Shown: piece by piece, positions 1 to 9,574 of the stretch
How positions within the stretch are numbered: the first letter of the stretch is position 1
How the letters are laid out: the number at the start of each line of letters is the position of its first letter
Source of the DNA: Aulosira sp. ZfuVER01
GTDB taxonomy: Bacteria > Cyanobacteriota > Cyanobacteriia > Cyanobacteriales > Nostocaceae
Direction: 5' to 3'
DNA: 64,000 bases
Assembly: GCA_034530615.2 (NCBI GenBank)
Contig: JAVRCV020000034.1
Coordinates: 32,001 to 96,000 of the forward strand
Translations under genes and position numbers: made by a program
The notes under the pieces: model-generated
Databases searched by the model: none
Told to the model about the DNA's origin: nothing
The model's input: the letters and a program-made list of their open reading frames with translations, nothing else

Positions 1-150
1 TAGTTCAATAATATCTGCCCCACTGCGATCGAGAGTGCGCAAAGCTGCTGCTGTTGTTTCTAAATCAGGATCGCCAGCTGTGATAAACGGAATTAAAGCA
101 CACTCTTTATTGCGTCCAAGAGTTTCAAAGCAGTGGGAAATGGCAGTCAT
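1..150 (-). CDS. trpA: Tryptophan synthase alpha subunit, 5' part (runs off window edge)
   Basis: Manual translation from ATG at 150: [61 protein letters not shown] and GADIIEL are TrpA motifs. Not in the ORF track. Confidence 0.93.
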   Translation of the reverse strand, partial: MTAISHCFETLGRNKECALIPFITAGDPDLETTAAALRTLDRSGADIIEL

Positions 151-223
151 TGGTCAAGATTCACTCAGTCAGTTGTCATATAGTATCAAACAACGGACAA
201 CGAACAAACGACCAATGCGCCCT

Positions 224-535
224 CTAAACCTGAGTTTGTTTTTCCTGTTCAATCTCAGCTTGAATTTTTTCTAGTTCTTCGGGAGTAAGTTCGTCCAGCC
301 GCTTTTGGAAAAAGGCTTGCTCATAATCTTCCCGTTGTTGATGGTAGGTCATGTTTTTCCCCACCGCACGGAAGATATAGGTGGCTAACCAGCCAAGCAA
401 TCCACTGACTAGCAAGACTTGGCTCCATATACCAGCTTTTTGACTATCTAAACCTACTAGCTCCAAGCCTAGATATGCTATCCCTCCAGCAACAAAAACC
501 CCCAAGCCAATACCTATAGCATCAATGCGTCGCAT
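224..535 (-). CDS. DUF3007 family small membrane protein
   Basis: Two hydrophobic helices then MTYHQQREDYE...LQKRL-like tail; usual ndhL-DUF3007-trpA order. Confidence 0.8.
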   Translation of the reverse strand: MRRIDAIGIGLGVFVAGGIAYLGLELVGLDSQKAGIWSQVLLVSGLLGWLATYIFRAVGKNMTYHQQREDYEQAFFQKRLDELTPEELEKIQAEIEQEKQTQV

Positions 536-559
536 GAGAATTATGACCTACCAATCTTG

Positions 560-772
560 TTAAACTTCAATTTGTCGCCGCTGGGGTCGAATATTTATAA
601 ATGGCGATAAAACCAACAACCCCGGAAAGAAGAAGAACACCAGAAAGTACATAAAGGTGCGCTCTATAGAACTAGCCACATACCAGCGCTGCTTCAGATA
701 AAATAGAACAGCCACTGGGATGACCAACAAGTAAGCTCCAGCTAAAATCAGATACAGCAGGGCTACAATCAT
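560..772 (-). CDS. ndhL: NDH-1 complex subunit L
   Basis: 70 aa [19 protein letters not shown]...[24 protein letters not shown]; true start ATG at 772 (ORF-track extension is repeat-derived). Confidence 0.92.
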   Translation of the reverse strand: MIVALLYLILAGAYLLVIPVAVLFYLKQRWYVASSIERTFMYFLVFFFFPGLLVLSPFINIRPQRRQIEV

Positions 773-851
773 AATTTTTTTCTGAGATAGACAAGAACGT
801 TCAGTACATTTATTCCCATCATAGGCTGAATGCCCAGACTCAGGGAAGTAG

Positions 852-991
852 GGGAACTGGGAATTGGGAATTGGGCATTGGGAACTGGGAATTGGGAATT
901 GGGAATTGGGAATTGGGAATTGGGCATTGGGAACTGGGAATTGGGAATTGGGAATTGGGAATTGGGCATTGGGAATTGGGCATTGGGAATT
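852..991. repeat. Heptamer tandem repeat (STRR), 20 units of GGGAATT/GGGCATT/GGGAACT
   Basis: Counted directly; typical of heterocystous cyanobacteria. Confidence 0.97.
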
Positions 992-1352
992 GGACATTTC
1001 TTCCCCCTGCTTTTTCATCGGGACTGTCTTGTGAATCTTTTTGCTTGCAATTAATTATTTGATTGTGTTATCCTTGGAAAGGCTTTTGCGAAAAAGACTT
1101 TGGTATCACCAAATAAATTAAATGCAGATGCCAATATTAGGTGGCGATCAGGAAATATCCAAAGCTAAAAAGCGATCGCACAATACTGTTACTCTTTCAA
1201 GCAGTATTTGGCGTAGCCACCAAAACCAGTACAATTGCTTTTCGTGAACAAAATTTTTTAAATCTAGTTGCACAAAAGACACAATTGATGCTGGAATGTA
1301 TGAGGAGGTATTTGCTACTTCCAAATGACAATTAGCTCCTAATAAATATTAG

Positions 1353-1714
1353 GGGGGTGTGGCGGAATGGTAGACGCTACGGACTTAGTTAACTGAGCCT
1401 TGCTGGAGAAATCCTTCAAGTGTAAGCTCTCAAACTCAGGGAAACCTAAATCTGGTAACAGACATGGCAATCCTGAGCCAAGCCCAAAAATTATAGATTT
1501 TTGATTATTGATTGAAATTCAATTCAAAATCTAAAATTCAGGGAAGGTGCAGAGACCCGACGGGAGCTACCCTAACGTTAAGTCGAGGGTAAAGGGAGAG
1601 TCCAATTCTTAAAGCCGAAAGTTGTTGAAGCGATTAGGCAGTAGTGAAAACTACGGGAGAATGAAAATCCGTTGACCTTAAACGGTCGTGTGGGTTCAAG
1701 TCCCACCACCCCCA
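1353..1714 (+). tRNA. trnL: tRNA-Leu(UAA), exons 1353-1386 and 1664-1714
   Basis: Acceptor GGGGGTG/CACCCCC+A; joined exons give anticodon arm ACGGA-CT-TAA-AA-TCCGT; T arm GGGTTCAAGTCCC. Confidence 0.97.
1387..1663 (+). ncRNA. Self-splicing group I intron in the tRNA-Leu anticodon (277 nt)
   Basis: Inserted after U of UAA, ends in G; conserved core segments GGCAATCCTGAGCCAA, GTGCAGAGAC, GAGAGTCCAATTC. Confidence 0.96.
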
Positions 1715-1817
1715 TTACAACAATTCGTAATTAAATCCTGTTTCAGACTGAGATTTAGACGTTGATCGAAACAAAGCCACGTAAATACAAGCTGTGCTTC
1801 ACCAAAGATTACGAATT

Positions 1818-1893
1818 ATAGCAATTTGAAAAAAGAATGCGACAGATGCATCTGTGGGGGCGGAGAAACCCCGCTCCTTACGACAGTTGGTAT
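1818..1893 (-). mobile_element. MITE-like element (shared 31-bp end) carrying a GC-rich REP-like hairpin
   Basis: Ends ATAGCAATT / AGTTGGTAT; 31-bp end matches copies at 6291, 23704 and 60992; internal GGGGCGGAGAAACCCCGCTCC. Confidence 0.5.
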
Positions 1894-1997
1894 TTCACAA
1901 TTATTAATTGAATCGGAATTACGAATTAATAATTAGTTCCATCAACTTTAGAGTAGGAGAATTGTCAAATCAACTCAACCACAGGATGGGATGAGCG

Positions 1998-3347
1998 ATG
2001 GCTGAACACTATACATTGAAGAAAGTTAAGAAATCCCTTCAAGAAGCTGGCGTTAAATTTGTTCGCATTCTTTGGTGCGATAATGCCAACATCATTCGCG
2101 GAAAAGCTGTTCATTTAGGGATGTTATCTCACTATTTTGAACATGGTGTTGGCATTTCCGCCGGGGAACAGGGTATACCTGTGATGTATGATGCGATCGC
2201 TCCTAACAGTGGTTTGGCTCCAGTGGGTGAGATTCGCTTAGTACCAGATTGGTCTAGCCTCACACCTTTACCTTATGCTCCCGGTCATGCCCGTGTTATG
2301 GGAAACATGGTACTTGATGGGCAACCTTGGGCTTATTGTCCGCGCAATTTCCTGATGCAGATGATAGCGGCGGCGAAACGTGAGGGTTTGGAAATTCAAG
2401 CAGCATTTGAAAATGAGTTTTACCTACTACGGCAAACATCTGAGGGAATTTTACCTACAGACTCAACGGTTTTTGGTTCGACGCAATCAATGGATATTAA
2501 TCGTGAAGTCATTGATGCGATTGCCGATGCCCTCATTACCCAAGGAATTCCTGTAGAGCAGTATTATCCAGAATCAGGCCCCGGTCAACAGGAAATTTCT
2601 ATGCGGTATACTGATGCTTTACAGGCTGCTAACTGGCAAATTGGATTTCGCGAAACAGTCAGAGCGATCGCTCGTCAACATCAGCTTACAGCTTCTTTCT
2701 TACCGAAAATCTTTCCTGATGCGGCTAGTAGCGGTTGTCACATCCACCTCAGCCTTTGGCGTGATGGGAAAAATCTGCTACCAGATCCGCAAGGTGTTTG
2801 CGGTCTTTCCCAGTCAGCCAGAGCATTTATTGCCGGGATACTACATCATCTGCCAGCACTGATGGCATTAACTACCCCTAGTCCTAATTCTTACCGCCGC
2901 ATCCGTCCTCACACTTGGAGTGCTGCTTTCCGTTGTTGGGGATTAGATAACCGCGAAGCCGCTGTCAGAGTACCCAGCGACCCAGGATTAGAAAGTTCTA
3001 GCCATTTCGAGGTAAAAACCGTGGATGCGTCAGCTAATCCTTTTATAGCTTTAGGCGCGGTGATTGCAGCCGGATTGGATGGTGTACAGCGAAGTCTAGA
3101 ACCCCCAAACCCCGTAAACGAAGACCCCGGAAACTTGCTAATTGAACAACGTACAGCTAATGGAATTGACCCCTTACCCACAAATCTGGGGGAAGCACTA
3201 AACCATTTCAAACAAAACAATGTCTTGTTAACTGCTTTAAATCCACAATTATCACAAGCGTTTTTGGCAGTACGTCAAGCCGAATGGGAAGCCATGAAAG
3301 ATTGGGAATTAGATGCAGAAGTAAAGTTGTTATTGGAGAGATATTGA
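1998..3347 (+). CDS. Glutamine synthetase-like gamma-glutamyl ligase (FluG C-terminal type)
   Basis: Motifs FENEFYL, ESGPGQQEI, SGCHIHLSL, NSYRRI, WGLDNREAAVRVP, DASANPF. Confidence 0.88.
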   Translation: MAEHYTLKKVKKSLQEAGVKFVRILWCDNANIIRGKAVHLGMLSHYFEHGVGISAGEQGIPVMYDAIAPNSGLAPVGEIRLVPDWSSLTPLPYAPGHARVMGNMVLDGQPWAYCPRNFLMQMIAAAKREGLEIQAAFENEFYLLRQTSEGILPTDSTVFGSTQSMDINREVIDAIADALITQGIPVEQYYPESGPGQQEISMRYTDALQAANWQIGFRETVRAIARQHQLTASFLPKIFPDAASSGCHIHLSLWRDGKNLLPDPQGVCGLSQSARAFIAGILHHLPALMALTTPSPNSYRRIRPHTWSAAFRCWGLDNREAAVRVPSDPGLESSSHFEVKTVDASANPFIALGAVIAAGLDGVQRSLEPPNPVNEDPGNLLIEQRTANGIDPLPTNLGEALNHFKQNNVLLTALNPQLSQAFLAVRQAEWEAMKDWELDAEVKLLLERY

Positions 3348-3452
3348 TTGGGCATGGGGCATTGGGCATAATTTTTCCTTGTCCCCCTTGTCCCCCTTGT
3401 CTCCCTTGTCTCCCCACACTCTCCCTTGCTCCCATTCCCCAACTAAGCGAAT

Positions 3453-4577
3453 ATGCGAATCAATCTTGCTGATATTCCCTTAATTGACCAACACGCCCAT
3501 AACATACTTCGACCGGAAGTAGCTGCGCGTTATCCTTATGCGGCTGCTTTTACGGAAGGATATGACGAGGAAATAGTTAACAATCATGCCCGTCACACTC
3601 TATTTTATCGGCGCAGTCTGCGGGATATTGCGGCGCTATTGGAATGTGATGCCGAGGAAACTGCGATCGCAACACGTCGGCAAGATTTAGGATTAGAAAA
3701 TCTGACGCGACTTTATTTCCGTGCTGCTAACCTGGAAGCAATTTATTTAGATGACGGATTAGATGTTGAAAGTATCCTACCTCTCTCATGGCATGAAAAA
3801 TTGATTCCCGTCCACAGAATTCTGCGGTTGGAGGTGGTAGCAGAACAGCTAATTCCTCAAATCGCAGATTTTGAGAGTTTCTTAGCAAGATTCACTAGCG
3901 AAATTGACCCGCCACCACCTGGGGTTATCGGCTTTAAAAGTATTGTTTGTTATCGTACTGGTTTGGATGTCCAACCTGTGACTTTTGAAGTTGCAGCCTC
4001 TCGCTTTGACGCAATTAAACAACAGCTTACCGATCAACCATTGCGTTTGGTTGATAAACCTCTGATTGATTTTTTACTGCAACAAGCTTTATTAATTGCT
4101 GCTAAATATCAGCTACCAGTGCAATTACATACTGGCTTTGGCGACCCCGATCTAGATTTGCGATTAGCTAATCCTTTAAACTTGCGATCGCTCTTAGAAT
4201 TACCCCAGTACCGTCATGCACCTTTAGTACTGCTACACGCTTCTTATCCATATATGCGAGAAGCTGGATATTTAGCTTCTGTCTACCCCCAAGTTTATTT
4301 AGATTTTGGTTTGGCAGTACCATCTTTAAGTGTATCTGGAATGCGAGAAGCCATCAGGCAATTACTAGAGTTAACTCCTACTAGTAAACTCATGTATTCC
4401 TCTGATGCTCACTCAATTCCAGAGTTGTATTATTTAGGAGCCAAGTGGGGTCGTCAGCTATTGGCAGAAGTGCTAAACCAGGCAATTCAAGATACTGATA
4501 TTACTGTGAATGAAGCAGAGGCGATCGCTACTGCAATTTTACGCGAAAACGCCTTATCTCTGTATTTAAAAAAATGA
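3453..4577 (+). CDS. Amidohydrolase family protein (FluG N-terminal type)
   Basis: IDQHAH, GFKSIVCYRTGL, QLHTGFGDPDL, VLLHASYPY, YSSDAH. Confidence 0.88.
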   Translation: MRINLADIPLIDQHAHNILRPEVAARYPYAAAFTEGYDEEIVNNHARHTLFYRRSLRDIAALLECDAEETAIATRRQDLGLENLTRLYFRAANLEAIYLDDGLDVESILPLSWHEKLIPVHRILRLEVVAEQLIPQIADFESFLARFTSEIDPPPPGVIGFKSIVCYRTGLDVQPVTFEVAASRFDAIKQQLTDQPLRLVDKPLIDFLLQQALLIAAKYQLPVQLHTGFGDPDLDLRLANPLNLRSLLELPQYRHAPLVLLHASYPYMREAGYLASVYPQVYLDFGLAVPSLSVSGMREAIRQLLELTPTSKLMYSSDAHSIPELYYLGAKWGRQLLAEVLNQAIQDTDITVNEAEAIATAILRENALSLYLKK

Positions 4578-4601
4578 CGTACTTTTAAAGCTTTATTGTA
4601 G

Positions 4602-4624
4602 TATGGTGGGCAATGCTCACCATA
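4602..4624. repeat. REP-like palindrome TATGGTGGGCAATGCTCACCATA
   Basis: Imperfect palindrome; second copy at 63503-63525. Confidence 0.7.
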
Positions 4625-4707
4625 TACAGATTTTCGTGAGCATTACCTATAACCTCATATTTCAAAAATTAAATAGTAATCCTATATCCAGATTCTCAAG
4701 AAAATTT

Positions 4708-5490
4708 ATGCTAAGTGAAAATGGCTCAATTCTAAATCTTTTTACTAAGCCGAAACCTGGTCTGAAGATGAGAGAAAATACCAAAATAAACTTTAAATCT
4801 AGTTATGGTATAGAGGAAGATATTAATGCTAATCCTATAAGCCCTAGACAAGTTTTAATTGTCAGGTATGAAGATATTGTAGAACTAGCAATTCCTCCCG
4901 GTGAATTACGAGAAAATCTGGTTATCCAAGGCATAAAAGCTGAAACTTTTCAGCCTGGTTCTCTCATAACTTTTGAAACTGGTGCTGCGGTTCGCCTTAC
5001 TTTCTATTGTGAACCATGCAAAAGAATAAACCATTTAGTTAAATCACTAGCTAGCATCCAAGGTAAACGAGGAATTTTAGGTGTAGTTATTAAATCAGGA
5101 GAAGTTCAGGTTGGTAGTCATTTTCAAATTACACCTCATCAATTTCCTGCATTATCAGAAAAGCCTTATGAGCGGTTTCTCGAAGTTCTCCTAAAACTTC
5201 CACCTGGAAAAGTCGTGACCTATAAGCAAATACTTCAAATAATAGGAGTAGATAATAGCTATATGCGAGCTATTCCTATATACATCAAGAAAGCCTCTGC
5301 ACTTGATTATCCCATACATAGAATACTAGACTCTCAAGGTAATTTAATATCTCATGTTCCCGAACAGAAGAATAAACTAGAAGCTGAAGACATTCAAGTA
5401 TTGTGCAAGACAGAGCTATTGACGAAACACAATAAATATTCGGTCAATCTCAAAGATTATCTATGGAAAGACCAAGCGATTTATTCGTAA
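4708..5490 (+). CDS. MOSC domain fused to an MGMT/ATL-like DNA-binding domain
   Basis: MOSC motifs RQVL, GELRENL, CEPC, RGILGVV; C-terminal LPPGKVVTYKQI...YPIHRILDSQG. Start moved to ATG 4708 because the 4603 start lies in a REP palindrome. Confidence 0.75.
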   Translation: MLSENGSILNLFTKPKPGLKMRENTKINFKSSYGIEEDINANPISPRQVLIVRYEDIVELAIPPGELRENLVIQGIKAETFQPGSLITFETGAAVRLTFYCEPCKRINHLVKSLASIQGKRGILGVVIKSGEVQVGSHFQITPHQFPALSEKPYERFLEVLLKLPPGKVVTYKQILQIIGVDNSYMRAIPIYIKKASALDYPIHRILDSQGNLISHVPEQKNKLEAEDIQVLCKTELLTKHNKYSVNLKDYLWKDQAIYS

Positions 5491-5652
5491 TATGTATATA
5501 TAGTTATTCAGAGTTAATTTGCAAAAATTTTAGATATTAAGTATGCAATCTGCTTATACAACTAATATAAGAATCTTTAAAAGGAATTACGAAAAGATGA
5601 AGATGCGTCAAAAAAGCTTAAAGTAAAAACTGTAGCGTATGTAGCAGTTTCC

Positions 5653-6009
5653 ATGAAACTTTCCTTTATTCCCACGGCAATGACTCTTACCCTCTCACTA
5701 GGAATAACCTGGCTGAATGCATCTTTCAGTAATACCGCCTATGCTGTAGATGATGGCAAAACAGGAGTTTGTGAAATTCCAACAGTTAGACCTAGTGGTG
5801 GAAATACTCTGCAAAGAATGCTGGCTATGCAACTGTGCGAACAAGCTCAGTTAAATCAGCAACAAAAACTTACCGTAACACCCATAAAACAGAGTAATCC
5901 AGCTTCTTCTATAGCCTTACCAACGCAGAGTAACCAAGCCCCTACTAGCGGAGTTAATGATTCTAATACATCCCAACCTACCCCTCCACCAGAACCAATA
6001 GGGAAATAA
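5653..6009 (+). CDS. Small secreted hypothetical protein
   Basis: Signal-peptide-like N-terminus (AYA cleavage), two Cys, low-complexity Pro/Ser/Gln tail. Confidence 0.6.
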   Translation: MKLSFIPTAMTLTLSLGITWLNASFSNTAYAVDDGKTGVCEIPTVRPSGGNTLQRMLAMQLCEQAQLNQQQKLTVTPIKQSNPASSIALPTQSNQAPTSGVNDSNTSQPTPPPEPIGK

Positions 6010-6075
6010 GATTGGGCATACAAAAATGTCTCCTAGTTCCTTAAAGTGAACAATTGGTATTAGAGTACTTTGTAC

Positions 6076-6118
6076 GGGCAGTTTGCTCAAGTCGGCAAAG
6101 CCGCCCACGCAACTGCCC
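6076..6118. repeat. Small dispersed hairpin repeat
   Basis: GGGCAGTT...AACTGCCC inverted ends; a related element is at about 36341-36388. Confidence 0.55.
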
Positions 6119-6220
6119 TCGTCTTTGTGGTAAAAAATCATAGAACCACAGAGACACGGAGACACAGAGAGAAGAGAGATTTTCATGCCCTCGTTGTGTG
6201 ATTTATTACATAACCGTCTA

Positions 6221-6321
6221 ATACTATTTTGGATTTTGGATTTTAGATTTTGGATTGTAAAAGATTGATTGACCAAGCTTTTGGACGATCCATCTGTCGC
6301 AATCATTTTTTAAATTGGTAT
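6221..6321 (+). mobile_element. MITE-like element with TTTTGGA heptamers
   Basis: Ends ATACTATTT / AAATTGGTAT; shared 31-bp right end. Confidence 0.5.
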
Positions 6322-6354
6322 AACTTAAAAAAGTTGTTTGCGCAGAGATAACTC

Positions 6355-8772
6355 CTAGACAATTATTATGTCAGCAGCAGAGATAAAGCCAGAATTAGTA
6401 TTGAGGCTAGCAAATTGAATGATACTTGCCCCATTATTAAAGCTTAAAGCTCCTGTATCGCTTTGGTAGCTGAACTTGTTAATATCTGTGGCAGTTATAC
6501 CAAAGCCAGAGCCGTTAATCTGAATTTTATCTCCAGCTTGACTAGAAAAGTCTGCGATCGCATCAATTCCTTCTGATACAGAATTGAAAATAAAAGTATC
6601 GGCTCCCGCAGCACCTGTGAGGGTGTCATTACCAAAACCGCCTGTAAGGATATCGTTACCGGAACCACCTACCAAGGTGTCATTTCCATTACCACCTATC
6701 AGGATGTCATTAGTAGCATCGCCATCAAGGGAGCCATTTTCATTTTGTCCGTAGAGAAGGTCATCACCATCTCCGCCATCGATGTAGTCGTTACCCTGCT
6801 CACCATAAATACTGTCATTGCCAAGACCACCTGTGAGCGTATCATCACCAGCACCGCCATAGATGGAATTATTATCGGCATTACCTGAAATATTGTCACT
6901 ACTGCTACTACCGTAAGCCGTGTTTGTGGGAATCAAGTCAACATAGTTGATATTGAAATTATCCGCGAGCATTTCCAGGCGCAGTTCATGACTACCTGCA
7001 CTCAAGCTCAGTCCGTTTGCGATCGCATCACTCCAATTTTGATATCCTCCTGTAGGAGCGATATTCAAGATTCGCTCTTGCTGATTGTCAATTGAAGTTT
7101 TGAGTTGTTTTTGAGTGTTTTCTGCAGTAGCAACTCTGGCTACAAGGTTATAAAATCCATTCTCTGGTATCTTCAGATCGTAGGTAAGCCATTCTCCAGC
7201 CTTAATCCAGCCCACATTGAAGCCACCGTCAACATCACTGGTCTCCTCAATATCTACATTTAAATCATGGCGATATTTGCCACCTGCATTACCATCTGTT
7301 GTATCGTAGGCGTTTTTGTAGTTCTCTGCTTCAATCCGAATTGTAGACCCATTCACAGAATTGGTCGATCCACCATCAGGCCTGGCTTGATTATTTCCAG
7401 CAACCTTTTGATAGGCTTTCAGTACATTCAAGCGACCGCCAGTGTTGATTTTGCCTTGCAAAGAACTAACCTTGTCAACACTCGAAAGTAAGGCGTTTCT
7501 CAGCTCTAAAACGCTAAGATTGGGGTTAGTAGCTAAAAGTAATGCCGCCGCACCACTGACATAGGGAACAGCCATTGATGTACCACTCCAGCTAGCATAC
7601 TGATTGTTAGGAAAGGTACTGTCAATATTTAACCCAGGTGCGGCTAGATCTACGGAATTTTCACCATAGTTAGAAGCACTTCCGTTGGGAAAAGAGGCCA
7701 GGTTGTCATTTTCATCTGTAGCTGCAACGGTAATGATATTCGGTAGATTGTAGCTTGCTGGATAATGTGGTTCGTTATCAATATTTCGATTGCTATTACC
7801 TGCTGCTGCTATAAATAAAACGTTTGCATATTGACTAATAGCATCATATTGAGCTTGATTGAAAGCGCTAGAGCCAAAACTAAGATTGATGATTTTGGCT
7901 CCGTTCTTTACAGCATATTTAATCCCATCCAAAATATTCCATAAATAACCGTCTGGGTCACTTGATTTGAAATGCTTCGTAGGCATGATTGAGACATTCG
8001 GACTGACCCCAATCACACCTAAGTTATTGTTACCTACAGCACCAAGGATACCTGCAACGTGAGTTCCATGTCCTGCTAGTGAGTGATCGTCTGTGGGATT
8101 ATTATCGTTATCGCCAAAGTCCCAACCGTGGATGTCATCAATATAACCGTTATTATCATCATCAATTCCATTTCCTGCTATTTCTCCGGGATTCGTCCAG
8201 ATATTCGCAGCTAGATCGGGGTGAGTAATATCAACACCAGTATCAATAACGGCAACTATTACGCTCCTACTACCTGTGGTATAGTCCCACGTGGCTGGTG
8301 CATTAATCTTTTTTAAACCCCAGAGACTGTTAAAAGATGAATCGTTAGGTGTCCAGTCGGGTGTTACTGCATTATTATCTGCATCTTTGTTGATATGACT
8401 TGTTGGAAAGTCATTTTTAGCAATGATTGAGCTATTTTGCCTGACTCTTAGGACATTTAGGCTATCTGAAAAGTGATTTCCATGTTCTTTGGGTGTTGGA
8501 TAATAATCTCTAATACCAAAGTCCCCTATTTCTCTGGAATTCGCCCAGATATTAGCAGCTAAATCAGCTACGACTAAATTGCTGCTGCCTCTGGTATCGT
8601 CCGATGCTACTGTTGCATTAATTTTATTTAAATCCCAGAGACTACCAAAATATGAATTGTTTCGTATCCTTTCAGGTGATACTGACTCATCATTATTTGC
8701 ATTTGTCTCTTTATGACTAGTACGCAGGTAATCGCTCATCCTGAAATGAGCATCGTTATATAGTTTCCGCAT
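6355..8772 (-). CDS. Subtilisin-family (S8) serine protease with CBM6-like domain and RTX Ca-binding repeats
   Basis: Triad VIDTG / HGTHVAG / GTSMA; IRIEAENY...VGWIKAGEWLTY; GGxGxDxL repeats. Confidence 0.9.
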   Translation of the reverse strand: MRKLYNDAHFRMSDYLRTSHKETNANNDESVSPERIRNNSYFGSLWDLNKINATVASDDTRGSSNLVVADLAANIWANSREIGDFGIRDYYPTPKEHGNHFSDSLNVLRVRQNSSIIAKNDFPTSHINKDADNNAVTPDWTPNDSSFNSLWGLKKINAPATWDYTTGSRSVIVAVIDTGVDITHPDLAANIWTNPGEIAGNGIDDDNNGYIDDIHGWDFGDNDNNPTDDHSLAGHGTHVAGILGAVGNNNLGVIGVSPNVSIMPTKHFKSSDPDGYLWNILDGIKYAVKNGAKIINLSFGSSAFNQAQYDAISQYANVLFIAAAGNSNRNIDNEPHYPASYNLPNIITVAATDENDNLASFPNGSASNYGENSVDLAAPGLNIDSTFPNNQYASWSGTSMAVPYVSGAAALLLATNPNLSVLELRNALLSSVDKVSSLQGKINTGGRLNVLKAYQKVAGNNQARPDGGSTNSVNGSTIRIEAENYKNAYDTTDGNAGGKYRHDLNVDIEETSDVDGGFNVGWIKAGEWLTYDLKIPENGFYNLVARVATAENTQKQLKTSIDNQQERILNIAPTGGYQNWSDAIANGLSLSAGSHELRLEMLADNFNINYVDLIPTNTAYGSSSSDNISGNADNNSIYGGAGDDTLTGGLGNDSIYGEQGNDYIDGGDGDDLLYGQNENGSLDGDATNDILIGGNGNDTLVGGSGNDILTGGFGNDTLTGAAGADTFIFNSVSEGIDAIADFSSQAGDKIQINGSGFGITATDINKFSYQSDTGALSFNNGASIIQFASLNTNSGFISAADIIIV

Positions 8773-9519
8773 TTAGTGAAAAACACCTTTAAAAGTAATG
8801 TTAAATACTAGAAAAAAAGGCCAAGAAATTTTTATTCACGAGAGAAAACTCTAAGCAAGTATTTCCAGAAGAACTAAATCAACAAATATCGGGCTTATTT
8901 AGTTTCTGATTACTCGCTTAATCCTAGGAATTCATACCAACGATAGAGAGATGTAGTTGTTAGTTGAGCCTACATACTTAGTAAGTTACTAATTATTTCA
9001 GTATGTTTTTTTAGCAATAAATTTAAATTTTAAGAAAATTCTTGTAAGAAACATATCATGTAATTTAAAGCACGTCAATAAAAAAATATGTATTGGGGAT
9101 CGGAGTCTATTATAGGTCAAGATGCTTACAAGGCAGAGGTTAGGGGAAAATAGAATCGAAATTAATCTTTGGTATAAAATTTCAAAAAAGAAAATATTTA
9201 AGATGTAAACTAGTCCGATACTGCTAATTTTTGGAACATATTACTGACAGGCTAGAGCAAAGCAGCAAGACTGTTATTTGCTTACTATGTATAATTGGAA
9301 AAATTAAACTGCGTAAATGTAGTACTGCTTTGTAGCCCTAAAAACTAATATATCAAGCGTGGTACATACCAGGCTTGATATTAGCTGCCTATGATTTTAG
9401 GTTTTTGCAATAAATAATAATAGAAGTAAGCTGATTTCTGCTGTCCTATTATCAAGAAATTATTTTTAAGCTTAATACTCAAGCACAACTCAAAAAAGAA
9501 CAGATATAACCAAAAAGTA

Positions 9520-9560
9520 AGGCGATCGCTCTCATCTTACCCCTAAAAGAGCGATCGCCT
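9520..9560 (-). terminator. HIP1-containing hairpin, probable terminator of the radical SAM gene
   Basis: AGGCGATCGCTCT...AGAGCGATCGCCT 13-bp stem followed by a T-rich run on the minus strand. Confidence 0.6.
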
Positions 9561-9574
9561 CAAAAAGCATCGAT

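Noticed and set aside
769..1062. ORFs with PIPNSQF / GIGNWEL repeats and the long N-terminal extension of ndhL
   Set aside because: Artefacts of the stop-free heptamer tandem repeat at 852-991
1680..1720. tRNA-anchored integrated element (att site)
   Set aside because: No integrase, and I found no duplicate of the tRNA 3' end in the window
1998..3347. Canonical glnA
   Set aside because: Sequence and amidohydrolase pairing fit GS-like gamma-glutamyl ligases rather than cyanobacterial GSI
6064..6076. Second LexA-like site AGTACTTTGTAC
   Set aside because: Spacer is 3 nt rather than 4, and it lies between convergent gene ends
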